Part shown: positions 18,588 through 27,454 of the stretch, piece after piece
Layout of the letters: every line of letters begins with the position of its first letter
How positions within the stretch are numbered: position 1 is the first letter of the stretch
Assembly (NCBI GenBank): GCA_964631035.1
Contig: CAZVVX010000001.1
Coordinates: 1-53,349, forward strand
Origin: an uncultured Candidatus Saccharibacteria bacterium
GTDB lineage: Bacteria > Patescibacteriota > Minisyncoccia > Phycocordibacterales > PALSA-1337
DNA: 53,349 bases
Reading direction: 5' to 3'
Translations under genes and position numbers: made by a program
Notes under the pieces: model-generated
Seen by the model: only the letters and a program-made list of their open reading frames with translations
Told to the model about the DNA's origin: nothing
Databases searched by the model: none

Positions 18588-19427
18588 TTACCATGATCCA
18601 CTGGATCCACCACCTCCAGATGATCCTCCACCAAATCCTCCGAAGCCTCCTCCGCCATGCCCTCCTCCGAATCCACCACCCCAAAATCCTCCATGTCCTC
18701 CACCCTTTGACACAATAAAATCAAAAAATAGACCAATAAGAATCAATATTGGAATAGCAACAATCCCAACAAAGAAAAATCCATAAATAATACCTATAAC
18801 AATGCCTGCTATACCACCGAATACTCCACCAAGCCACCAGCTCTTGCTTCTGCCCAAGATACTTGCAAGTATTATAAAAGCAATAAATCCATAATTATAA
18901 ATAAAATTCCAGCTAGATCCAGAACTTGCAGGGGTTGAATAATCTGCCTCACTCTTAACAACCGATATTATCGCCCGTGTACCATCAACTATACCTTTCT
19001 CATAATTATCATTTCTAAACTCAGGAAGAACAATCTTTTGAATTATTCCATTTGACTGAGCATCAGTTAGAACACCTTCTAGTCCATATCCAACCTCTAT
19101 TCTCGTCTTTCTATCATTTAGAGCAGTAACAAATAGCACTCCATTATCTTTATCCTTATCTCCAATCCCCCATTCTTCAAACAACTTTACAGCATAGCTT
19201 TCTATAGTCTCATCAACCAGATCAGGAATAGTTACAACTGTAATCTGTATAGTTGTTGTTTTATTAAAATCAGAGAGAGTTGTCTCAAGATTTGCTTTTT
19301 GTTCTTTACTAAGTAAATTTGCATAATCATTTACAAAACCCTGGGGTTTACCAGGGCTAGTAAATGCATTCACAATATTAGCAAATGAAAATGATATTAT
19401 AACTGCGAGAAAAATTGCTCGCTTCAT
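18588..19427 (-). CDS. TPM domain protein (YgcG-like) with TM and Gly-rich tail
   Basis: 279 aa. Signal peptide, TPM phosphatase-like domain (VVTIPDL...WGIGDKDKDNGVL), TM helices, and a C-terminal GGGHGGFWGGGFGGG repeat. Confidence 0.7.
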   Translation of the reverse strand: MKRAIFLAVIISFSFANIVNAFTSPGKPQGFVNDYANLLSKEQKANLETTLSDFNKTTTIQITVVTIPDLVDETIESYAVKLFEEWGIGDKDKDNGVLFVTALNDRKTRIEVGYGLEGVLTDAQSNGIIQKIVLPEFRNDNYEKGIVDGTRAIISVVKSEADYSTPASSGSSWNFIYNYGFIAFIILASILGRSKSWWLGGVFGGIAGIVIGIIYGFFFVGIVAIPILILIGLFFDFIVSKGGGHGGFWGGGFGGGHGGGGFGGFGGGSSGGGGSSGSW

Positions 19428-19433
19428 ATTTGA

Positions 19434-19988
19434 TTAGAATTTAACTGCTGGTGCTAATTCTGAACCCTTAGCTGCCTCAAAATATGATCTTTCAGCAAAT
19501 CCTGTCATAGAAGCTATGATTGAACTTGGAATTCTCATTACTTTCAAATTATATGCTTTTATTGTATCGTTAAATCTCATTCTTTCTACATTGATCCTAT
19601 TCTCAGTTCCTTCTTGTTGTGATAAAAATGTTTGCATTACATCAGAAGACTTCAACTGAGGATAATTCTCAGTTATAACCAATAGTCTTCCCAATGCACT
19701 TTCTACTTGACTTGCAGCCTTAGCCTTATCATCTACACTAACTGCACCAGAATATCTTGTTCTAGCATCAGCAATAGCTGTGAATACATCCTTCTCTTGC
19801 GTCATTACACCCTTTACTGATTCAACTAGATTTGGAATTAGATCGAAACGTCTTTGATACAAAGTCTCAACTTGCTTCCACTGAGCATCTGCATTCACGT
19901 TTAAAGTAACAAGACTATTGTATGTTGTGAATCCATATAAAACCACTAATACTACAATTATAACAATACCAACAATTATTTTTTTCAT
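19434..19988 (-). CDS. LemA family protein
   Basis: 184 aa. N-terminal TM plus the QRRFDLIPNLVESVKG LemA signature. The LemA-TPM pairing is a common operon. Confidence 0.8.
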   Translation of the reverse strand: MKKIIVGIVIIVVLVVLYGFTTYNSLVTLNVNADAQWKQVETLYQRRFDLIPNLVESVKGVMTQEKDVFTAIADARTRYSGAVSVDDKAKAASQVESALGRLLVITENYPQLKSSDVMQTFLSQQEGTENRINVERMRFNDTIKAYNLKVMRIPSSIIASMTGFAERSYFEAAKGSELAPAVKF

Positions 19989-20011
19989 TTTTTTAAATAA
20001 AATAGTAAAAC

Positions 20012-20680
20012 TTATTTCTTAGGAGAGACCTTTGTTTCGTCTTGACCAGCTGGACCAACTACGAAAGCAAATGACTTAACCATGTCCTTGAATTGATTAT
20101 CGATAGTATCAATTATAGTTGTATTTCTTGCTCCCACTTTCTGAGCATCAGCTCCGGTGTAGCCTTTACTTGATGGACTTGAAGTAATAGCACCTAGGGT
20201 GAAGTAGTAACATATAGAATCCTTCTGTAGTGAGTACATTCTATTAAAGAATGTTCTACCTTGAATTGTATTTGATAGAGATATCATATTAAATGAAAGA
20301 TCTCCAACTTTTACTGTATTTCTTTCCTTTACAGTTGTTACAGGAGGAAAAGCACATGAACCTGAACTAACATCAATCTTAGCTTCTACTTTACTTACTG
20401 TATTTTTTTCTTTTTCACTTCCTAAAGGAATGATGAAAGTAACGTTTGAAGAAGATTCTAACTTCTCCCAAGTTGTAGGATATTTAACTGAGAATCCTAG
20501 TTCATCATTTTTATATTCTGATAATTTCTCTGAAACCTTAACAGTCTGACTTGAAGGGACAGAAACTGTCTCGGTTTCAGTTGGAGTTGGATTAGGTGTA
20601 TTTGTGTTTGGGTTTGAATTTATTTTCCATATCAACACCCCAATCACAACTATAACAATAATAAATAATATTTTTTTCAT
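20012..20680 (-). CDS. Hypothetical secreted protein
   Basis: Signal-anchor MKKILFIIVIVVIGVLIW. The start is moved to 20680 because the longer track ORF overlaps the groEL 3' end. Confidence 0.45.
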   Translation of the reverse strand: MKKILFIIVIVVIGVLIWKINSNPNTNTPNPTPTETETVSVPSSQTVKVSEKLSEYKNDELGFSVKYPTTWEKLESSSNVTFIIPLGSEKEKNTVSKVEAKIDVSSGSCAFPPVTTVKERNTVKVGDLSFNMISLSNTIQGRTFFNRMYSLQKDSICYYFTLGAITSSPSSKGYTGADAQKVGARNTTIIDTIDNQFKDMVKSFAFVVGPAGQDETKVSPKK

Positions 20681-20702
20681 GATTATGTGATTATAGCAGA
20701 TT

Positions 20703-22346
20703 TTAGTAGTCCATACCAGACATACCGCCATTTGCTGAATTTATAGGTTTCTCTTCCTTTGGTACTTCTGCTACTGCTGCTTCTGTTGTTAATAGTATTG
20801 CAGAAGCTGAACAAGCATTCTGAACCCCTAATCTTGTAACCTTAACAGGATCGACAATGCCTAGAGCTATCATATCGTTCACCATTTCATCTTTCAATGC
20901 ATCGTAACCTGCATTTCCCTTTCCATTTTTTACTTTATCTACTATTACTGATCCATCTTCTTTACCTGCATTCATTGCAATTTGCTTAAGAGGGGCTTCA
21001 AGAGCCTTTAGAACTATTTGATAACCAATCTTTTGTTCAGCAGTCATACCTTCTAATTTCATAGCTGATTGAACCTTTTGAGAAGCCTTGATAAGGGCTA
21101 CACCTCCTCCTGCTACTATTCCTTCCTCTATAGCAGCCTTTGTTGCATTCACTGCATCCTCTATTTTTAATTTTAGATACTTCATCTCTGTCTCTGTCGC
21201 AGCCCCGACCCTTATAACAGCAACTCCAAGTGAAAGTTTAGCAATTCTTTCATCTATCTTCTCTTTATCGTATTTAGAATTTATTGATTCCTTCTGCTTC
21301 TTAAGTTGAGCAACCCTCTTATCAATATCTATTTTCTTTCCCTTTCCACCAACTATTACTGTATTATCCTTTGTAGATACTATCTTTCTAGCTTTACCCA
21401 ACATATCAACTTCCGCATTCTCAAACTTTAATCCTAACTCTTCAGATATAACCTTGGCACCGACCGTTACAGCAATATCTTGTAGTAAATCTTTCTTTCT
21501 ATCACCATATCCAGGAGCCTTGATAGCAAGCACATTGAAATTTCCCCTTAATTTGTTCACCAAAAATGTTGTCAGAGCTTCACCATCAACGTCCTCTGCA
21601 ACAATAACCAAATCTTTCTTGCCTGATTGAGCTAATTTCTCAAGTAATGGTAATATTTCTTTAATTGAAGATATCTTCTTATCTGTAATCAGAATCGCCG
21701 GATCATTGTATTCTGCTTCCATTCTCTCAGTATTTGTAACCATGTATGGAGAAATATAACCCTTATCAAATTCAATTCCTTCTGTAACTTCTGACTCCAA
21801 ACCTATTGTTTGAGATTCTTCCACAGTCACAACTCCATCCTTACCCACTTTCTTTATTGTGTCTGCAATTATATTTCCCAATTCCACTGATTCAGCAGAA
21901 ATATTTGCTACCTGACGAATTTCTTCATCTGTTTTTATTGGTTTTGATATTTCTTTCAATGCCTTTACTATATCTTGTGAAGCAGACTCAATTCCAAACT
22001 TTATTCCCATAGCATTGACACCCATGGTTGTATGCTTCATTCCTTCAGAAATAATAGCCTGCGTTAGAACTGTGGCTGTTGTTGTACCATCACCTGCAAT
22101 TTCATTTGTCTTTGTTGCAACTTCTTTGATAATTTCCACTCCCATATTCTCGAACTTATCCTTTAGGGAAATTTCTTTTGCAATTGAGACACCATCATTT
22201 GTAATAGTTGGTGCCCCATATCCCTTATCAAGCACAACATTTCTTCCTCTTGGACCTATAGTGATCTTTACAACATCTGCAACAGCATCTATTCCTCTCT
22301 TAAGGGCCTTTCGCGCTTCTTCATTAAAAATAATTTTTTTTGACAT
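20703..22346 (-). CDS. groL: Chaperonin GroEL
   Basis: 547 aa. ITIGPRGRNVVLDK, AGDGTTTATVL, and a C-terminal GGMSGMDY-type tail. Confidence 0.97.
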   Translation of the reverse strand: MSKKIIFNEEARKALKRGIDAVADVVKITIGPRGRNVVLDKGYGAPTITNDGVSIAKEISLKDKFENMGVEIIKEVATKTNEIAGDGTTTATVLTQAIISEGMKHTTMGVNAMGIKFGIESASQDIVKALKEISKPIKTDEEIRQVANISAESVELGNIIADTIKKVGKDGVVTVEESQTIGLESEVTEGIEFDKGYISPYMVTNTERMEAEYNDPAILITDKKISSIKEILPLLEKLAQSGKKDLVIVAEDVDGEALTTFLVNKLRGNFNVLAIKAPGYGDRKKDLLQDIAVTVGAKVISEELGLKFENAEVDMLGKARKIVSTKDNTVIVGGKGKKIDIDKRVAQLKKQKESINSKYDKEKIDERIAKLSLGVAVIRVGAATETEMKYLKLKIEDAVNATKAAIEEGIVAGGGVALIKASQKVQSAMKLEGMTAEQKIGYQIVLKALEAPLKQIAMNAGKEDGSVIVDKVKNGKGNAGYDALKDEMVNDMIALGIVDPVKVTRLGVQNACSASAILLTTEAAVAEVPKEEKPINSANGGMSGMDY

Positions 22347-22354
22347 AATTTAGA

Positions 22355-22669
22355 TTATTTAATTATTGCTAATAATTCACTTTCTTTAACTAAATAAAAT
22401 TCTTCTCCTTCAACTATTATTTTGTCACCCCATTGAAATATTACTTGCTCACCGATCTTCACTGAAATAGGAATTAGCTTGCCATCCTCATAACGACCAT
22501 TTCCAATTGCAATTATTTCACCCTTTTTACTTTCTTTATCCTCATTTACTGTACCGGGAATTATTATTCCTGAAGCTGTTTTCTTTTCGGAATTAGGTTT
22601 TATTTCTTTAATTAAAATTCTATCTGCCAAGGGCTTAACTTTCTTTGAAATATCTATATTTTTCGCCAT
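22355..22669 (-). CDS. groS: Co-chaperonin GroES
   Basis: 104 aa. KPLADRILIK...ASGIIIP mobile loop. Sits immediately upstream of groEL. Confidence 0.95.
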   Translation of the reverse strand: MAKNIDISKKVKPLADRILIKEIKPNSEKKTASGIIIPGTVNEDKESKKGEIIAIGNGRYEDGKLIPISVKIGEQVIFQWGDKIIVEGEEFYLVKESELLAIIK

Positions 22670-22704
22670 TTTATTATTTTAATTAAGACTAATAATGTAG
22701 GGGT

Positions 22705-22732
22705 ATTATATAGCATGCACAGTAGGTAGCAA
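22705..22732 (-). promoter_or_regulatory. Candidate groES-groEL promoter
   Basis: Minus strand TTGCTA (22732..22727), 16 nt, TATAAT (22710..22705), about 35 nt upstream of the groES ATG. Confidence 0.3.
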
Positions 22733-22785
22733 CTTGACTTAATGAATAAATTAATATATAGTTTCTTTTAAGAAAGGAGTTCTTT

Positions 22786-22917
22786 ATGGAAGATACTTGG
22801 AGTGTACTATGCAAAAGTTGTGGCCACAATTTTGATGTACAAGCATCTGGTGATAATCAACCCTTTACACGCAAGTCCCAGTCAGCTAGATCTGTCTGGG
22901 ACTTACTTATTATTTAA
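22786..22917 (+). CDS. Candidate 43-aa ORF or small transcript divergent from groES
   Basis: AAAGGAG sits 7 nt upstream of ATG. Reads MEDTWSVLCKSCGHNFDVQASGDNQPFTRKSQSARSVWDLLII. The 3' end contains the hairpin AGTCCCAG-N14-CTGGGACT followed by T-rich sequence, so it could instead be a non-coding transcript. Confidence 0.2.
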   Translation: MEDTWSVLCKSCGHNFDVQASGDNQPFTRKSQSARSVWDLLII

Positions 22918-22920
22918 TAT

Positions 22921-22965
22921 ATAAAAAAAGAAAGAACGTCGCCAGCACCATGTGCTAACGACGCT
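22921..22965 (-). terminator. Rho-independent terminator downstream of secA
   Basis: Minus strand AGCGTCGTTAGCAC-ATG-GTGCTGGCGACGTT forms a 14-bp stem with G-U pairs that are valid only on the minus strand. It is followed by CTTTCTTTTTTT. Confidence 0.7.
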
Positions 22966-22973
22966 CCCCGAGT

Positions 22974-23036
22974 GCTGACTTCCAAGTCAGCTCCAGCAAG
23001 TGCTACCTACCAAGGAGAACGAGGAAGCATTTGCTG
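22974..23036 (-). other. Two additional stable hairpins in the secA 3' region
   Basis: GCTGACT-TCCA-AGTCAGC (22974..22991), and CAGCAAGTGC...GCATTTGCTG (22994..23036, 10 bp). GC-enriched relative to the surroundings. Confidence 0.4.
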
Positions 23037-23081
23037 TCCATATTGAATATACTACATAATCAAAAATAAATCAACTACTAG

Positions 23082-25550
23082 TTATTTCCCATGACACTTC
23101 TTATACTTCTTACCTGATCCGCAATAACAAGGATCATTTCTACCTAATTCTGGCTTACTTGATATTTCTGCTGGTTTACCACCATCACCTTGCCCAATTA
23201 CTTGAGCTTGATCGTGTACTTCTTTTAATTCTACAGCTTCTGGAGTAGCAACATTGCCACCAACATGAGGCAAGAGATTTAGTATTTGGTTATTAATTGC
23301 TGCCTGCATTTCCTTAAACAATCTTAATCCTTCTTTCTTGTATTCAACTAGAGGATCTCTCTGACCATAAGCACGGAGATTTACACTTGATCTTGTATAA
23401 TCCATTATTTCCAAATGTTCAACCCAGAACATATCTATTGATTGAAGCATCAATTGTCGAGTTGTATTAATAAATCTCTCTCTTCCGATCAATTTAACTT
23501 TATGTTCAATAATTTTCTTTAGCTCAGCATTATCACCCACTACTTCCATTAGTCTTGCTTCTACTTCATCAATATTACCTAGAAGAATTGCAAGTCTCCT
23601 TTCATACACAGTTTTTCTTTGATGATTCAGAATATCATCATATTCCAAAATGTGTTTTCTAGAATCGAAATTAAATCCTTCAATCTTTGTCTGTGCGGTC
23701 TCCAATGATCTTGTGATTATTCTATTCTCTATTGGTTCATCTTCAGCAACACCTAGTCTACCCATCAAGGATTTGATAGTATCGGAAGCAAATATTCTCA
23801 TAAGTGAATCCTCAAGGGAAACGAAAAATTGAGTAGCACCAGGATCACCTTGTCTACCAGAACGACCTCTAAGCTGATTATCTATTCTTCTCGCTTCATG
23901 TCTTTCTGTTCCAAGAACAAATAGTCCTCCAAGAGACTTAACTTCTTCGTATAAATCTTTTGATCCTGGGTTACCTCCAAGTCTGATATCTACACCACGA
24001 CCTGCCATGTTTGTAGCAATTGTTACTGCACCCTTTTTACCCGCTTGGGCAATAATCTCTCCTTCACGTTCATGGTTCTTGGCATTCAAAATCTCATGCT
24101 TTACACCTTCTGCTTTTAGAAATTCTGAAAGCACTTCGTTTTTTTCTATTGAAACAGTACCAATAAGCACAGGCTGACCAGTTTTATTTAATTCTTTCAC
24201 CTTACGAGCAATAGCCTTAAATTTCCCTATTTCAGTTTGAAAAATATAATCATTAAGATCTTTTCTTTGAGTTTGATTGTTTGTTGGAACTATTATAGTT
24301 TCAAGTCCATACACCTTGTAGAATTCTTCGCTAGAAGTTGCAGCAGTACCTGTCATACCAGAAAGCTTTTTGTAAAGTCGGAAATAATTTTGGAAAGTAA
24401 TAGAAGCGAAAGTTCTGCTTTCTTTCTGAACTGTCACTCCTTCCTTAGCTTCTATGGCTTGATGCAAGCCTTCTGACCATCTTCTTCCGGGTTGTAGTCT
24501 TCCGGTGAAGGTATCAACAATTACAATCTGATCATCTTTGACAACATATTCAGTATTTAAATTGTATAAAGCTTTAGCTTTAACTGCAGTTTCTAGATGA
24601 TGAACATATTTAATACCTTTATCAGTATAAATATTATCTACACCTAGATTCTTTTCTGCTTTTTCTATTCCTTTAGCTGTGAGTGAAATAGTTCTTTGTT
24701 TCTCATCAACAGTATAATCCTCATCTTTAATAAAATCTCTTACCATTATAGAAAATGTCTTGTATAAATTTTCTGAATCAGTTGTTGGAGCAGAAATAAT
24801 AAGAGGGGTACGAGCTTCATCTATCAAGATTGAGTCGATCTCATCAACAATTGCATAATTAAATGGTCTCTGTCTCAAAGCGCCAATTTCATATTCTAGA
24901 TTATCTCTCAAATAATCGAAGCCAAATTCATTGTTGGTACCATAAGTTATATCTGCATTATATGCTTCTCTTCTAGTAACAGGTCTTAGAAATTCATGAA
25001 CAACTTTGAATGATCCTAGCTCATCTCTCTCTTTGTCCTTCTCAGTATGAGTAGGATCATAAATAAATGAACTCTCGTGATTTATTACTCCAACAGATAA
25101 TCCTAGGAAATTATAAATCTGACCCATCCAAGCCGCATCTCGCCTTGAAAGATAATCGTTTACTGTTACAACATGCACACCCTTACCAGTAAGAGCATTA
25201 AGATATGCTGGCAATGTAGCAACCAATGTCTTACCCTCTCCTGTTCTCATTTCTGCAATACTTCCACTATTTAGAATTGCACCTCCAATAAGCTGAACAT
25301 CGAAATGTCTTTGTCCCAGCAATCTTTTAGATGCTTCTCGAACAGTAGCAAATGCCTCAGGTAAGATAGTCTCAAGAGTTGCTCCAGAATTTAGTCTAGA
25401 TTTAAAATCTGTTGTCTTAGATTTTAATTGTTCATCTGTTAAACCAGATATAGTAGCTTCAAAGCTATTAACTTGAGCCACAATAGGCTCGTATTTCTTT
25501 AGTAATTTCTTATTCGGATCGCCAAATATGTTCTTTATTGAAAATGCCAT
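23082..25550 (-). CDS. secA: Preprotein translocase ATPase SecA
   Basis: 822 aa. MRTGEGKTL Walker A, DEVDSILIDEARTPLIIS-type motif (DEIDSILIDEARTPLIIS), GRSGRQGDPG, and a C-terminal zinc motif CYCGSGKKYKKCHGK. Confidence 0.97.
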   Translation of the reverse strand: MAFSIKNIFGDPNKKLLKKYEPIVAQVNSFEATISGLTDEQLKSKTTDFKSRLNSGATLETILPEAFATVREASKRLLGQRHFDVQLIGGAILNSGSIAEMRTGEGKTLVATLPAYLNALTGKGVHVVTVNDYLSRRDAAWMGQIYNFLGLSVGVINHESSFIYDPTHTEKDKERDELGSFKVVHEFLRPVTRREAYNADITYGTNNEFGFDYLRDNLEYEIGALRQRPFNYAIVDEIDSILIDEARTPLIISAPTTDSENLYKTFSIMVRDFIKDEDYTVDEKQRTISLTAKGIEKAEKNLGVDNIYTDKGIKYVHHLETAVKAKALYNLNTEYVVKDDQIVIVDTFTGRLQPGRRWSEGLHQAIEAKEGVTVQKESRTFASITFQNYFRLYKKLSGMTGTAATSSEEFYKVYGLETIIVPTNNQTQRKDLNDYIFQTEIGKFKAIARKVKELNKTGQPVLIGTVSIEKNEVLSEFLKAEGVKHEILNAKNHEREGEIIAQAGKKGAVTIATNMAGRGVDIRLGGNPGSKDLYEEVKSLGGLFVLGTERHEARRIDNQLRGRSGRQGDPGATQFFVSLEDSLMRIFASDTIKSLMGRLGVAEDEPIENRIITRSLETAQTKIEGFNFDSRKHILEYDDILNHQRKTVYERRLAILLGNIDEVEARLMEVVGDNAELKKIIEHKVKLIGRERFINTTRQLMLQSIDMFWVEHLEIMDYTRSSVNLRAYGQRDPLVEYKKEGLRLFKEMQAAINNQILNLLPHVGGNVATPEAVELKEVHDQAQVIGQGDGGKPAEISSKPELGRNDPCYCGSGKKYKKCHGK

Positions 25551-25563
25551 AATGTGAATGACA

Positions 25564-26583
25564 CTATATCACATATTCCACCTCAGGAAAAATCTCAATT
25601 CCAGTCTTCTCATATACAGTATCTACCATCTCTTGTGCTAATTCAATGACTTCGTCTGAAGTCGCATTGCCATAATTTACTAATACCAAAGCCTGATTTT
25701 TGTAGACTCCCACATTTCCCTTTCTCTTACCCTTAAATCCACAAATATTATCAAGAATCCAAGCCAATGAAATTTTAACTTTCTTATCATTAACTTGATG
25801 TAATACTATTTCAGGATATTTTGATATTAACTCTCTTGCTTTTGATTGGGAAACAATAACATTTTTGAAAAATGATCCAGCAGTTCCGTACTCTTGTAAA
25901 TTAGGTAATTTGTTCGTACGAATATCAATTATTGCATTTCTTACTTGTCTTAGACTTGGATTAGAATTCTGTCTTCTGCTTAGATATTCCTGAACATCTT
26001 TGTAAGTAAGGTTTAATTTACCATCCTTAGATAAATTGAAAGTCACAGAAATAACTACATATCTACCTTTTTCTTTTTTAAATATACTATCCCTATATGA
26101 GAAATCACATTCTGAATTAGAAAAATTTTTGTATTCATCCTTTTTTACATCTAATACATATACTGATTCGATAGTATCTTTAACCTCACTACCATAAGCA
26201 CCAATATTCTGAACTGGCGAAGCGCCAACTGTTCCTGGTATCAAAGATAAATTCTCGACGCCATAATATCCCTTATCAACATTATCAGCAACGAACTGAT
26301 CCCAATTCTCTCCTGCTCCTACAATAGCTTTTACAGAATTTCCATTCTCTTCATATTTTATTCCCTTAATTTCAATCTTTATTACAATACCATCAAAACC
26401 CTTGTCCGAAACAAGAATATTAGAACCGCCACCAAGGATAAAAAAGGGGATTTTATTTTTTTTAGAAAAACCTATAGCCTCTATAAGCTCATCCTCATTT
26501 GTAACAACACAAAAATAACGAGCATTTCCACCAGTTTTAAATGTGGTCAATTCCTTCAAACTCTGATTCTCAGTAATTTTCAT
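25564..26583 (-). CDS. murB: UDP-N-acetylenolpyruvoylglucosamine reductase MurB
   Basis: 339 aa. FAD-binding N-terminus TTFKTGGNARYF...ILGGGSNIL. GAGENWD and GSFFKN motifs. Confidence 0.85.
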   Translation of the reverse strand: MKITENQSLKELTTFKTGGNARYFCVVTNEDELIEAIGFSKKNKIPFFILGGGSNILVSDKGFDGIVIKIEIKGIKYEENGNSVKAIVGAGENWDQFVADNVDKGYYGVENLSLIPGTVGASPVQNIGAYGSEVKDTIESVYVLDVKKDEYKNFSNSECDFSYRDSIFKKEKGRYVVISVTFNLSKDGKLNLTYKDVQEYLSRRQNSNPSLRQVRNAIIDIRTNKLPNLQEYGTAGSFFKNVIVSQSKARELISKYPEIVLHQVNDKKVKISLAWILDNICGFKGKRKGNVGVYKNQALVLVNYGNATSDEVIELAQEMVDTVYEKTGIEIFPEVEYVI

Positions 26584-26715
26584 TTCCCTATACTACCATA
26601 GTTTGCGCCAAATGTTGGCGAACGGGTGCTAGCTCCAAATATAATGTCTAAATTAATATGTGAGTACAGCCGTCCGCCAACGCTTGGAACAACTGTAAAC
26701 ATTATATCAATAATA

Positions 26716-27447
26716 TTAATTTCTAGACAATGGTTGTTGAACACCTCCCTTTGTTAAATAGTATCTGTTTACTGGTTTTAGATTCTCATCCAATTCATAA
26801 ACAAGCGGTGTACCTGTAGGAATTTCTAATCCAACTATTCCATCATCACTTATACCATCAATATGTTTTACAAGGGCTCTAAGACTATTTCCACTTGCTG
26901 CGACTATAGAGACTTTGCCAGCTTTAACAACAGGAACGATATCATTTTGCCAATATACCAAAACTCTCTTCACAGTATCTTCTAAAGATTCTCCACAAGG
27001 CAAATCCTTTTTATCAATATCACAATATTTCTCGTCATTGCATGGATTTCTAGGATCTTCCTCAGTAAGTAATGGTGGCCTTTCACAGAAGCTTCTTCTC
27101 CATTTCTGAACTTGCTCAACACTACATGTAGCTGCAACATCTTCATGCTTCTGACCTTGCAATGCACCATAGTGTCTCTCGTTTAATCTCCAAGTATAGT
27201 TAATTGGTAAATCTGATTGACCTAATTCATCTAATACAATACTCAAAGTCTCTCTTGATCTCTTAAGTACAGAACAGAAAGCTGTATCTAATTTATATCC
27301 AGCTATCTTTAGACTCTTACCAGCCTCAATAGCTTCATTTATCCCTTGTTCTGTTAAATCCACATCTGTCCAACCACAAAAAACTTTATCTCTGTTATAA
27401 ACTGTCTGTCCATGTCTAAGTAATACTATTTTATACATAATATCCAA
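26716..27447 (-). CDS. gpmA: 2,3-bisphosphoglycerate-dependent phosphoglycerate mutase
   Basis: 243 aa. LLRHGQTVYNRDKVFCGWTDVDLTEQG and NERHYGALQG histidine phosphatase motifs. Confidence 0.85.
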   Translation of the reverse strand: MDIMYKIVLLRHGQTVYNRDKVFCGWTDVDLTEQGINEAIEAGKSLKIAGYKLDTAFCSVLKRSRETLSIVLDELGQSDLPINYTWRLNERHYGALQGQKHEDVAATCSVEQVQKWRRSFCERPPLLTEEDPRNPCNDEKYCDIDKKDLPCGESLEDTVKRVLVYWQNDIVPVVKAGKVSIVAASGNSLRALVKHIDGISDDGIVGLEIPTGTPLVYELDENLKPVNRYYLTKGGVQQPLSRN

Positions 27448-27454
27448 TTATAAA

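Noticed and set aside
22944-22980. CIRCE-like sequence (GTGCTAA ... GAGTGCTGA; minus strand TCAGCACTC) upstream of groES
   Set aside because: The half-sites are direct rather than inverted with a 9-nt spacer. They lie about 250-300 nt from the groES start, beyond a divergent ORF, and are fully explained as arms of the secA terminator hairpins.
22974-22991. Possible SRP (4.5S) RNA because of a GGAAG..AGCA-like string on the minus strand
   Set aside because: The helix is a perfect 7-bp hairpin with a 4-nt loop. It lacks the conserved symmetric and asymmetric internal loops of SRP domain IV, and there is no extended closing helix.
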